Assembly (NCBI RefSeq): GCF_024700885.2
Contig: NZ_CP117016.1
From: Escherichia coli
Lineage (GTDB): Bacteria > Pseudomonadota > Gammaproteobacteria > Enterobacterales > Enterobacteriaceae
Reading direction: 5' to 3' (one strand)
Length of the DNA stretch: 64,000 nt
The notes beneath the pieces were generated by a model. That model did no database searches. It was given only the letters and a program-made list of their open reading frames with translations, and was not told the origin of the DNA. The first letter of the stretch is position 1, and every line of letters starts with the position of its first letter. Positions 9,024 through 18,098 of this stretch are shown one piece after another. Position numbers and translations under genes: made by a program.

Positions 9024-11455
9024 TCCAGCCCCATCGCCCGCAAATGCTCGGCCACTTTCTCGCTCAACGCCTCAACGGAGGCTTCAAGCGCTAGCAACGG
9101 TTCAGCATAACGCTCTTCCAGCTCCTTTACGCGCGACGCCAGTTGCTGGGTAATACGCTCAATCTCCGCCTTGATCCCTGCCTGCAACGTTGCCAGCCAC
9201 TTATCCTGCACTACCAGCGTTTTAATCGCTGCTTCATCCAGCGTGGGATAATGTTTAAACACCGCCCGATCCAGCGCTTCTTGTGCGGCTTTCAGCGCTT
9301 TTTTCGCACTGGCTTCGGCCTTAATTAGCGCCAGGCAGCGGTTCAGCACTGCCAGCTCATCTGGGCCGGCAGTGGTTTTCTTTAACTGTGCTAGACGGGC
9401 ATTCACCAGCTTTTGCGTCACCTTATCTTTATCGTTCTTCGCCTCGGCCAGCAGATCCTCTTCACCTGCCTGCTCCTCGATGAATTCCACTAGCTGACGA
9501 CTGGCTTCTTCACTGCGCTCCTGCGCGCGGTTCAGCGCATCCAGCAGTTCCGGGAAACAGCGAATTTCCACCAGCGAACGGGGCAGCACATCGGCCTTGT
9601 AGCGCCGTTTGGTAAACTCGAAATCGTGCGTTTCTTTCCAGATGTTTTTGCCATCTTTGCCTTTCACCGGCTGAAGCTCGCGGATTTGCGCGGCGGCTTG
9701 CCAGCCATCCTGCATAATCGCATACACATCGTCTTGCATGACATCAGTCCAGTAATCCATCAGGATCTGGTACACGCTGTATTTGTTCAGCAACTCACTG
9801 TTGGCGTACTGCGCCAATAGCATTTCGCTGATATCGTGGATTAGCGCTTTGGGTTTATCACCTTTGCGAATCTCTTCCAGACTTGCCTCTTTCACCCACG
9901 CTTTAAACGGTAGCAGGCTGCGGGTGGCAAAATCCTTAAACTCCTGATGCGCCAGAATGGTCGGTTTCACCTGTTGCGCGTTCACCTGCGCCCGACAGTA
10001 ACCGGGACGGTCGTCAGCAAACAGCACGTTGCGCAGGGCAGGGAATACCCGCCAGTAATCTTGCAAAGCATCCACATCGCGTGCCGGAATACCGCCCTGT
10101 AAGTGCGCGGTCAGATCGTGTAAATCTTCCGGCTCGCCGCTCTCGATATAGCGAGGAATATTCAGGTTGTAATCATTTCCGGCGATCTCGCTGGAGGGCA
10201 CCATCCGGCTGTAGCCAGGTACCGTTCGCTGATGGTTGAACACGTCCACAATGCGGTGAATATCTCGGCTACGCAGGCGGTTCTTGTTGCCATCTTTGAT
10301 AAAGCCCCGGCTGGCGTCGATCATAAAAATGCCTTTGCGGCTGTGGGCGTGCTCTTTATCAATCACAATGATGCACGCCGGGATGCCGGTGCCGTAAAAC
10401 AGGTTGGCTGGCAAACCAATAACGCCTTTGATATAGCCCTGCTTGATTAGATTTTCACGGATATTCGCTTCGGCGTTACCGCGAAACAGTACGCCGTGGG
10501 GCAGGATCACCGCGCCTTTGCCGGTACTTTTCAGGCTTTTAATGATATGCAACAAAAAAGCATAATCGCCGTTTTTTTCCGGCGGAATACCCCAGCCGAA
10601 GCGTTCAAACGGATCTTTTTTCGGCGTCAGCCCGTTGGTCCAGTTTTTATTGGAAAAAGGCGGGTTCGCCACGGCAAAATCGAAGGCTTTCAGTTTGCCG
10701 TTCGCCTCTTTCCACTGCGGATCGCTCAGCGTATTGCCCTGCCAGATTTTCGCGGTGGCATTGTTATGCAGAATCATGTTCATCCGCGCCAGCGCACTGG
10801 TAGCGTTATCCATCTCCTGGCCGAAAATCGACAGTCCGCGCCGGGCTTCATCATTCACTTTCAACAGCAGCGAACCAGAGCCACAGGTTGGGTCATAAAC
10901 CGTTGCATCTTGCGGAGTATCGGGAGTAATACCAATCACCTTCGCCAGAATACGTGACACCTCCGCTGGAGTGTAAAACTGCCCTTTACTCTTACCGGAT
11001 TCGGTTGCGAAGTGACGCATCAGATATTCATAGGCATCGCCCAGCAGATCGTCGCCTTCGGCCCGGTTGCTGGAGAGATTTAACCCTTCAAAGATACCGA
11101 CAAGCTTGCTCAGGCGGTCAATCATTTCCTTGCCTTTGCCGAGCTTATCTTCGTCGTTAAAGTCGGCTTCGTCGATGACGCCCTTCAGGCCGTTCTCTTC
11201 CGCCAGCTTGTGGATGATTTTGTTGATTTTGTCGCCGATCTCTTTGTCATTTTTCAGCGCAACCATATCGTCAAAGCTGGCTCCTTTGGGTATCACGATC
11301 ATCCCGTAAGGATCGCCTTTATACTTATCGGAAACGTACTTCATAAACAGCAGGGTCAGTACATAGTCTTTGTACTGGCTGGCGTCCATCCCGCCACGCA
11401 GTTCGTCGCAGCTTGCCCACAGGGAAGAATAGAGTTCGGTTTTTTTGATAGCCAT
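9017..11455 (-). CDS. hsdM: Type I restriction-modification methyltransferase subunit (HsdM), long form with ~300-aa C-terminal coiled-coil extension
   Basis: 812 aa; HsdM N-terminal domain (MAIKKTELYSSLWASCDELRG...), AdoMet motif I DPTCGSGSLL and N6-adenine motif IV NPPF; C-terminal third is Ala/Glu/Lys/Leu-rich and predicted helical. Confidence 0.85.
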   Translation of the reverse strand: MAIKKTELYSSLWASCDELRGGMDASQYKDYVLTLLFMKYVSDKYKGDPYGMIVIPKGASFDDMVALKNDKEIGDKINKIIHKLAEENGLKGVIDEADFNDEDKLGKGKEMIDRLSKLVGIFEGLNLSSNRAEGDDLLGDAYEYLMRHFATESGKSKGQFYTPAEVSRILAKVIGITPDTPQDATVYDPTCGSGSLLLKVNDEARRGLSIFGQEMDNATSALARMNMILHNNATAKIWQGNTLSDPQWKEANGKLKAFDFAVANPPFSNKNWTNGLTPKKDPFERFGWGIPPEKNGDYAFLLHIIKSLKSTGKGAVILPHGVLFRGNAEANIRENLIKQGYIKGVIGLPANLFYGTGIPACIIVIDKEHAHSRKGIFMIDASRGFIKDGNKNRLRSRDIHRIVDVFNHQRTVPGYSRMVPSSEIAGNDYNLNIPRYIESGEPEDLHDLTAHLQGGIPARDVDALQDYWRVFPALRNVLFADDRPGYCRAQVNAQQVKPTILAHQEFKDFATRSLLPFKAWVKEASLEEIRKGDKPKALIHDISEMLLAQYANSELLNKYSVYQILMDYWTDVMQDDVYAIMQDGWQAAAQIRELQPVKGKDGKNIWKETHDFEFTKRRYKADVLPRSLVEIRCFPELLDALNRAQERSEEASRQLVEFIEEQAGEEDLLAEAKNDKDKVTQKLVNARLAQLKKTTAGPDELAVLNRCLALIKAEASAKKALKAAQEALDRAVFKHYPTLDEAAIKTLVVQDKWLATLQAGIKAEIERITQQLASRVKELEERYAEPLLALEASVEALSEKVAEHLRAMGLEW

Positions 11456-11494
11456 TAAATATCTCGTTTTGCGCGATAATGTGCCGTAAGTCGG

Positions 11495-11800
11495 TTACAG
11501 CAGATCGGTATTCAGACCGGCGGCCTTTAACCGATGGGTTAAGTTACGCATTTTGCTGAATTCGGTACCGAGGCTCTGGTTCAGACCAGTGCCTTCGCAA
11601 AAGGCTTTTGCCGTAATGTGTTCCAGTTTGTCGGCATATTTAATCATTTGCAGGTGCAGCTCGACGGTGTACTGGTTACGAGGCGCACTGGAAAGTGCCT
11701 GCCGGATATGGCGATAAATCTCGTCTTCATTCATATTCATGGCAACCACTGGTATAATAGATAAGTTAGCTAAATTAGCTAAATGTGGTATCAGGTTCAA
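11495..11800 (-). CDS. Hypothetical small protein at the head of the hsd/darTG operon (80-101 aa)
   Basis: ORF immediately upstream of hsdM on the same strand (39-nt spacer); protein-like composition; internal Met (MNMNEDEIYRH...) is an alternative start; no family recognised. Confidence 0.4.
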   Translation of the reverse strand: MNLIPHLANLANLSIIPVVAMNMNEDEIYRHIRQALSSAPRNQYTVELHLQMIKYADKLEHITAKAFCEGTGLNQSLGTEFSKMRNLTHRLKAAGLNTDLL

Positions 11801-12015
11801 GAACTACAGTGGGAGTCGGATTTGACTGCGCGATTTATGCACGTAAATGCCTTGTGGCGGATTAATGGCCGCAGTATCTTCTCCTTCCGCGCCTGCAAAA
11901 TCAGGCGTCGGGATTAGCTTCCTGAAAACCGTTACAGGAGACTTCTCTATGACTACAATCCTTGTCCCTGACTGCGATTTACTCGATCTATTGTTCGTTT
12001 CCTTATAATGTCACT

Positions 12016-12270
12016 ATGGATTTCACCGCCTTGGTCGACAACTGCGCCCACTTCGTCGAATCCCTGATAGAAACCGAGGATCCCGCGCTGTGGCTTACCC
12101 TCTGCGGGCGACATTGTACTGCTGCAACCCACGCCGACCTCATCCCGCCGCATTTTACCGAAAGCCTGCTCAGTGATACTCTCCCCACCATGCCAGATCA
12201 GGTTATTTCTGAACCTGATTCTTGTGCGAATATTGCCTCGTGCGGGCTGTGCATCATCGCCGCTCTTTGA
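12016..12270 (+). CDS. Hypothetical small Cys-containing ORF (84 aa)
   Basis: ATG at 12016 preceded by TATAAT at 12004-12009; product MDFTALVDNCAHFVESL...PDSCANIASCGLCIIAAL; no family recognised; coding status uncertain. Confidence 0.25.
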   Translation: MDFTALVDNCAHFVESLIETEDPALWLTLCGRHCTAATHADLIPPHFTESLLSDTLPTMPDQVISEPDSCANIASCGLCIIAAL

Positions 12271-12732
12271 TAAGAGGCGTCAAAGGTAAGGGGCGTAGCG
12301 TTATTAGTTTGGGCTATACACTTGCGCTACAACTCTTCAAATAGCTATATATCAACAATATTTAGCCATAAACCGTCTACTTCCGTCTCAATTATACTCA
12401 AATTAAGGCATGCGGCATCTTTGTGACACATTTGTTTTTTTGATACAGGTTAGAGTTGACCTGCTCTCCGTTGATTAACTCACATTGTTGTTAACCACGT
12501 CTACTTTTAGCACGACACTGATGCGTTAACTGAGCGAATGGTCTGCTTTGAGCGAGGAACGGACATTACTAACAGCATTCTGTGTGAATCACCAGGGAGC
12601 AGGTCAGCGCCACTACTCTATATAATCGCTAACGATGACAAGTATAATTATATAAGTCTTTGCCCTTAGCTTTTGGATAAAATTGTTGAAGTTTCACGAA
12701 AATAATGATAAACAAAAACAGTAGCAATAATT

Positions 12733-13677
12733 ATGGATTTAATTATGGAATGGAGATTTTTAGGTTCTCTATCAGAGGCCAGGAAATCTGGCTGTAGCGG
12801 AGTTTATCTTATTGTCCATAAAGGACTTTTCAGTCGTGTGGTTTACGTTGGGGTAAGTTGTAATGTAGGTAGAAGGATAACCGAACATTACGACGGTTAT
12901 CTTAGAGGAAATCGAACAATTTACGACGCTGGTCACGACGAAGACGTTTATCGCTTCATGTCAGCTTATAAAATTCATAACCACACAAAATACTATCAAG
13001 CCTTGGCGAATGATTATAAGATATGGGCATCTACCACAATGTATTCTGATTTGCCGAAAAACATGCTAGCAAAAAGCCAAACCTTTGATACTGATTGGCA
13101 GAGCATTGCATTAGAAAAATATATTCCTCAACTGGTAGTATGGGCCCTTCCAATGGCAAAGTACTGTTATTCAAATGCAAGCAGGATTGAAAGTGTAATC
13201 CAATCAAAGCTCATTAAATCTTTTGATTTGAGAGGTTTTTTTAATATAAAGCAATTAAGCATATTGGGTAAAATTGAATATCCCTATATGGAAAAGGTCA
13301 AAGTTTTCATTATTAACACACCTGATTTAGACCCGGCATCCCAGCTTATTTTTAGCAATCTATATAACAAAAAAACTGATAACAACTTCTGTAAAGAGTT
13401 CCGTTCACAATTTAAAAGCGAGATTTTTCAGAGGGAAAGTGAAACTCAGAGAAAGCGAACTATCAGGGAGCATAAGGTATCTCTTTATGAAAATTATGGC
13501 AAGCCTTGGACTTTAAAGGAAATGGAAAAACTTAGAGTCATGCTTGTCGATTTTGATTTGTCCCCGATAGAAATATCTGAGTATCTAGGAAGAGAGCCGC
13601 GCTCTATATCTAAAAAAATAAGCGAAAATGATAAAGTTACTAATTATAAATGGCGAGAGAGCGTCGGCTGGTTGTGA
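12733..13677 (+). CDS. Hypothetical protein with GIY-YIG-like nuclease N-terminus and HTH-like C-terminus, in an AT-rich segment
   Basis: 314 aa; N-terminus GVYLIVHKGLFSRVVYVGVSCNVGRRITEH resembles the GIY...YIG...R...H core of GIY-YIG nucleases such as I-TevI; C-terminal ...WTLKEMEKLRVMLVDFDLSPIEISEYLGREPRSISKKI resembles a helix-turn-helix; flanked by ~400 bp of AT-rich non-coding DNA. Confidence 0.55.
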   Translation: MDLIMEWRFLGSLSEARKSGCSGVYLIVHKGLFSRVVYVGVSCNVGRRITEHYDGYLRGNRTIYDAGHDEDVYRFMSAYKIHNHTKYYQALANDYKIWASTTMYSDLPKNMLAKSQTFDTDWQSIALEKYIPQLVVWALPMAKYCYSNASRIESVIQSKLIKSFDLRGFFNIKQLSILGKIEYPYMEKVKVFIINTPDLDPASQLIFSNLYNKKTDNNFCKEFRSQFKSEIFQRESETQRKRTIREHKVSLYENYGKPWTLKEMEKLRVMLVDFDLSPIEISEYLGREPRSISKKISENDKVTNYKWRESVGWL

Positions 13678-13892
13678 CGTTACGTTTTGATTGAAATAAC
13701 CCCCATTTTGCAAAGTCCGCTCTTGGCACAGAGCGGACTGTCAGATGAGGTTTAGTTCTGTACTAATGAGCCGATACAAATTAGCTGCATATACCTGCAT
13801 TCCAAATAATTTTAGGCAGATATTATCTCCGTGAGTCCCCCGCCACTTTTCCGGTGCGCGGGGTTTTGTCTTTTTTCACCGGGAATACATGT

Positions 13893-14765
13893 ATGAATCC
13901 GTCTGATGCCATTGAGGCAATTGAAAAACCGCTCTCCTCCCTGCCTTACTCACTTTCCCGTCACATCCAGGAACATCTGCGCAAACTCACCAGTCACGAA
14001 CCCGTGATTGGCATTATGGGTAAAAGCGGGGCCGGTAAATCCTCACTCTGTAATGCACTGTTTCAGGGGGAGGTCACCCCGGTCAGTGATGTTCACGCCG
14101 GCACCCGGGAAGTGCGGCGCTTCCGTCTGAGTGGCCACGGTCACAGCATGATTATCACTGACCTGCCCGGGGTGGGCGAGAGCCGGGACAGGGATGCAGA
14201 GTATGAAGCCCTGTACCGTGACATTCTGCCTGAACTTGACCTGGTACTGTGGCTGATTAAAGCCGATGACCGTGCCCTGTCTGTGGATGAGTATTTCTGG
14301 CGACACATACTGCACCGGGGACATCAGCAGGTGCTGTTTGTGGTGACGCAGGCCGACAAAACGGAGCCCTGCCATGAATGGGATATGGCCGGCATTCAGC
14401 CTTCTCCCGCACAGGCACAGAACATTCGGGAGAAAACGGAGGCGGTATTCCGTCTGTTCCGGCCCGTACATCCGGTTGTTGCCGTATCGGCCCGCACCGG
14501 CTGGGAACTGGATACGCTGGTCAGTGCGCTAATGACAGCACTTCCCGACCATGCCGCCAGTCCCCTGATGACCCGCCTGCAGGACGAGCTGCGCACGGAA
14601 TCTGTCCGCGCTCAGGCCCGTGAACAGTTTACCGGTGCGGTGGACCGGATATTTGACACGGCGGAGAGCGTCTGTGTTGCCTCTGTTGCCCGTACGGTTC
14701 TGCGTGCCGTCCGTGACACGGTGGTCTCTGTTGCCCGCGCTGTATGGAACTGGATTTTCTTCTGA
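13893..14765 (+). CDS. yeeP: YeeP/YkfA/YfjP-family GTPase (CP4-type island gene)
   Basis: P-loop GIMGKSGAGKSS, G3 DLPG and TQADK G4 motifs; start placed at MNPSDAIEAIEK (13893) rather than the ORF-track start 13854. Confidence 0.85.
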   Translation: MNPSDAIEAIEKPLSSLPYSLSRHIQEHLRKLTSHEPVIGIMGKSGAGKSSLCNALFQGEVTPVSDVHAGTREVRRFRLSGHGHSMIITDLPGVGESRDRDAEYEALYRDILPELDLVLWLIKADDRALSVDEYFWRHILHRGHQQVLFVVTQADKTEPCHEWDMAGIQPSPAQAQNIREKTEAVFRLFRPVHPVVAVSARTGWELDTLVSALMTALPDHAASPLMTRLQDELRTESVRAQAREQFTGAVDRIFDTAESVCVASVARTVLRAVRDTVVSVARAVWNWIFF

Positions 14766-14879
14766 ACACTCTGCCAGGGGAAATGCCTGATTACATTGCG
14801 TTAACCAACTGAAAACATGATACAAACACTCCATCCCCCTCCTGTTTCTCTTGCGTGACTGCCCTGCTGTTAATAGAAT

Positions 14880-14925
14880 AAAACGATCGATAAAACAGGT
14901 ATCGATCGTTACCATCGATCGTTTA
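14880..14925 (+). promoter_or_regulatory. agn43 (flu) phase-variation switch: three closely spaced GATC Dam sites in the OxyR operator
   Basis: GATC at 14885-14888, 14904-14907 and 14917-14920, ~210 bp upstream of the Ag43 start, matching the known Dam/OxyR switch architecture. Confidence 0.75.
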
Positions 14926-15137
14926 TAGTGGTTAATGGTCTGCGAAAAGGCAGCTGAATCTCTTCATCATGCAGAACGGAATTGCACACAACGGACTGAT
15001 ACTTCTCTGGCGGATGAGAGAGGGGAAGCATTTATGTCCGGGAAAAACCACTTTATCTGACCATGCTGTTTTGTACCTGCCGGTATCCACATTTGTGGGT
15101 ACCGGCTTTTTTATTCACCCTCTGTAAGGAAAAGCTG

Positions 15138-17984
15138 ATGAAACGACATCTGAACACCAGCTACAGGCTGGTATGGAATCACATTACGGGCACCCTGGTG
15201 GTGGCTTCCGAACTGGCGCGCTCACGGGGAAAACGCACCGGTGTGGCGATTGCGCTGTCTCTTGCTGCTGTCACATCAGTTCCGGCACTGGCTGCTGACA
15301 CGGTTGTACAGGCGGGAGAAACCGTGAGCGGCGGAACACTGACAAATCATGACAACCAGATTGTTCTCGGTACGGCCAACGGAATGACCATCAGTACCGG
15401 TCTGGAGTATGGGCCGGATAACGAGGCCAATACCGGCGGGCAATGGATACAAAATGGCGGTATCGCCAACAACACTACTGTCACCGGTGGTGGTCTTCAG
15501 AGAGTGAATGCCGGAGGAAGCGTTTCAGACACGGTTATCAGTGCCGGAGGCGGACAGAGCCTTCAGGGGCAGGCAGTGAATACCACTCTGAACGGCGGTG
15601 AGCAGTGGGTACATGAAGGCGGGATTGCAACGGGTACCGTCATTAATGAGAAGGGCTGGCAGGCCGTCAAATCCGGCGCAATGGCAACCGACACGGTTGT
15701 GAATACCGGCGCGGAAGGGGGACCAGATGCAGAAAATGGTGATACCGGGCAGTTTGTTCGCGGAAATGCCGTACGTACCACCATCAATAAAAATGGTCGT
15801 CAGATTGTGGCTGTTGAAGGAACAGCAAATACCACTGTGGTTTATGCCGGCGGCGACCAGACGGTACACGGGCATGCGCTGGATACCACACTGAATGGCG
15901 GTTACCAGTATGTGCACAACGGAGGCACAGCCTCTGACACGGTTGTAAACAGTGACGGCTGGCAGATTGTCAAGGAAGGTGGTCTGGCGGATTTCACCAC
16001 CGTTAACCAGAAAGGCAAACTGCAGGTGAACGCCGGTGGTACAGCCACGAATGTCACCCTGAAACAGGGTGGAGCACTGGTCACCAGTACTGCGGCAACG
16101 GTTCTTGGCAGCAACCGTCTGGGCAATTTCACGGTGGAAAACGGTAAGGCTGACGGCGTTGTTCTGGAGTCCGGCGGTCGCCTGGATGTACTGGAAGGCC
16201 ATTCAGCGCAGAAAACACGGGTGGATGACGGCGGAACCCTGGCAGTGTCTGCCGGTGGTAAGGCAACAGATGTCACCATGACATCCGGTAGTGCCCTGAT
16301 TGCAGACAGTGGTGCCACTGTTGAGGGGACCAATGCCAGCGGTAAGTTCAGTATTGATGGCACATCCGGTCAGGCCAGCGGACTGCTGCTGGAAAATGGC
16401 GGCAGCTTTACGGTTAATGCCGGGGGACAGGCCAGCAACACCACTGTCGGACATCGTGGAACACTGATGCTGGCTGCCGGGGGAAGTCTGAGTGGCAGAA
16501 CACAGCTCAGTAAAGGCGCCAGCATGGTACTGAATGGTGATGTGGTCAGTACCGGCGATATTGTTAACGCAGGGGAGATTTACTTTGACAATCAGACAAC
16601 ACCGGATGCCGTACTGAGCCGTGCTGTTGCAAAAGGCGACTCCCCGGTAACGTTCCATAAACTGACAACCAGTAACCTCACCGGTCAGGGTGGCACCATC
16701 AATATGCGTGTTCGCCTTGATGGCAGCAATGCCTCTGACCAGCTGGTGATTAATGGTGGTCAGGCAACCGGCAAAACCTGGCTTGCGTTTACAAATGTCG
16801 GAAACAGCAACCTCGGGGTGGCAACCTCCGGACAGGGTATCCGGGTTGTGGATGCACAGAATGGCGCCACCACAGAAGAAGGTGCGTTTGCCCTGAGTCG
16901 CCCGCTTCAGGCCGGCGCCTTTAACTACACCCTGAACCGTGACAGCGATGAAGACTGGTACCTGCGCAGTGAAAATGCTTATCGTGCTGAAGTCCCCCTG
17001 TATACATCCATGCTGACACAGGCAATGGACTATGACCGGATTCTGGCAGGCTCCCGCAGCCATCAGACCGGTGTAAACGGTGAAAATAACAGCGTCCGTC
17101 TCAGCATTCAGGGCGGTCATCTCGGTCACGATAACAACGGCGGTATTGCCCGTGGAGCCACGCCGGAAAGCAGCGGCAGCTATGGCTTCGTCCGTCTGGA
17201 GGGTGACCTGCTCAGAACAGAGGTTGCCGGTATGTCTCTGACGACAGGGGTGTATGGTGCTGCAGGCCATTCTTCCGTTGATGTTAAGGATGATGACGGT
17301 TCCCGCGCCGGCACGGTCCGGGATGATGCCGGCAGCCTGGGCGGATACCTGAATCTGACACACACGTCCTCCGGCCTGTGGGCTGACATTGTGGCACAGG
17401 GAACCCGCCACAGCATGAAAGCGTCATCGGACAATAACGACTTCCGCGCCCGGGGCTGGGGCTGGCTGGGCTCACTGGAAACCGGTCTGCCCTTCAGTAT
17501 CACTGACAACCTGATGCTGGAGCCACAACTGCAGTACACCTGGCAGGGGCTCTCCCTGGATGACGGCCAGGATAACGCCGGTTATGTGAAGTTCGGGCAT
17601 GGCAGTACACAACATGTGCGTGCCGGCTTCCGTCTGGGCAGCCACAACGATATGACCTTTGGCGAAGGCACCTCATCCCGTGACACTCTGCGCGACAGTG
17701 CAAAACACCGTGTGAGTGAACTGCCGGTGAACTGGTGGGTACAGCCTTCTGTTATCCGCACTTTCAGCTCCCGGGGTGACATGAGCATGGGTACAGCCGC
17801 AGCCGGCAGTAACATGACGTTCTCACCCTCACAGAATGGCACATCACTGGACCTGCAGGCCGGACTGGAAGCCCGTGTCCGGGAAAATATCACCCTGGGC
17901 GTTCAGGCCGGTTATGCCCACAGCATCAACGGCAGCAGCGCTGAAGGTTATAGCAGTCAGGCCACGCTGAATGTGACCTTCTGA
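15138..17984 (+). CDS. flu: Antigen 43 self-associating autotransporter
   Basis: Signal peptide MKRHLNTSYRLVWNHITGTLVVASELARSRGKRTGVAIALSLAAVTSVPALA, repetitive passenger (…GGTA.NTT.N.GG.Q.V…) and C-terminal beta-barrel ending ...ATLNVTF. Confidence 0.9.
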   Translation: MKRHLNTSYRLVWNHITGTLVVASELARSRGKRTGVAIALSLAAVTSVPALAADTVVQAGETVSGGTLTNHDNQIVLGTANGMTISTGLEYGPDNEANTGGQWIQNGGIANNTTVTGGGLQRVNAGGSVSDTVISAGGGQSLQGQAVNTTLNGGEQWVHEGGIATGTVINEKGWQAVKSGAMATDTVVNTGAEGGPDAENGDTGQFVRGNAVRTTINKNGRQIVAVEGTANTTVVYAGGDQTVHGHALDTTLNGGYQYVHNGGTASDTVVNSDGWQIVKEGGLADFTTVNQKGKLQVNAGGTATNVTLKQGGALVTSTAATVLGSNRLGNFTVENGKADGVVLESGGRLDVLEGHSAQKTRVDDGGTLAVSAGGKATDVTMTSGSALIADSGATVEGTNASGKFSIDGTSGQASGLLLENGGSFTVNAGGQASNTTVGHRGTLMLAAGGSLSGRTQLSKGASMVLNGDVVSTGDIVNAGEIYFDNQTTPDAVLSRAVAKGDSPVTFHKLTTSNLTGQGGTINMRVRLDGSNASDQLVINGGQATGKTWLAFTNVGNSNLGVATSGQGIRVVDAQNGATTEEGAFALSRPLQAGAFNYTLNRDSDEDWYLRSENAYRAEVPLYTSMLTQAMDYDRILAGSRSHQTGVNGENNSVRLSIQGGHLGHDNNGGIARGATPESSGSYGFVRLEGDLLRTEVAGMSLTTGVYGAAGHSSVDVKDDDGSRAGTVRDDAGSLGGYLNLTHTSSGLWADIVAQGTRHSMKASSDNNDFRARGWGWLGSLETGLPFSITDNLMLEPQLQYTWQGLSLDDGQDNAGYVKFGHGSTQHVRAGFRLGSHNDMTFGEGTSSRDTLRDSAKHRVSELPVNWWVQPSVIRTFSSRGDMSMGTAAAGSNMTFSPSQNGTSLDLQAGLEARVRENITLGVQAGYAHSINGSSAEGYSSQATLNVTF

Positions 17985-18098
17985 TAATTCTGCATTGCCT
18001 CTCTGTGGTCCCGGTCATCATGACCGGGACCCGGACGGGGGAAAACGTTTCAGTGCCACATTCACTGGCATTCACAATAACATGATATTCATCACGGA

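Noticed and set aside
9017-11455. 812-aa methyltransferase as a BREX PglX or type IIG enzyme rather than HsdM
   Set aside because: It has an HsdM-type N-terminal domain, overlaps a two-TRD HsdS gene and sits in an operon with HsdR; the size difference is attributed to a C-terminal extension instead.
15525-17893. Multiple long minus-strand ORFs (e.g. 15525-16202, 16203-17411, 17180-17539, 17582-17893) antisense to the Ag43 gene
   Set aside because: They lie entirely inside the well-supported Ag43 coding region, are Cys/Pro/Arg-rich with no recognisable motifs, and are the expected open-frame artefacts of a GC-rich repetitive gene.
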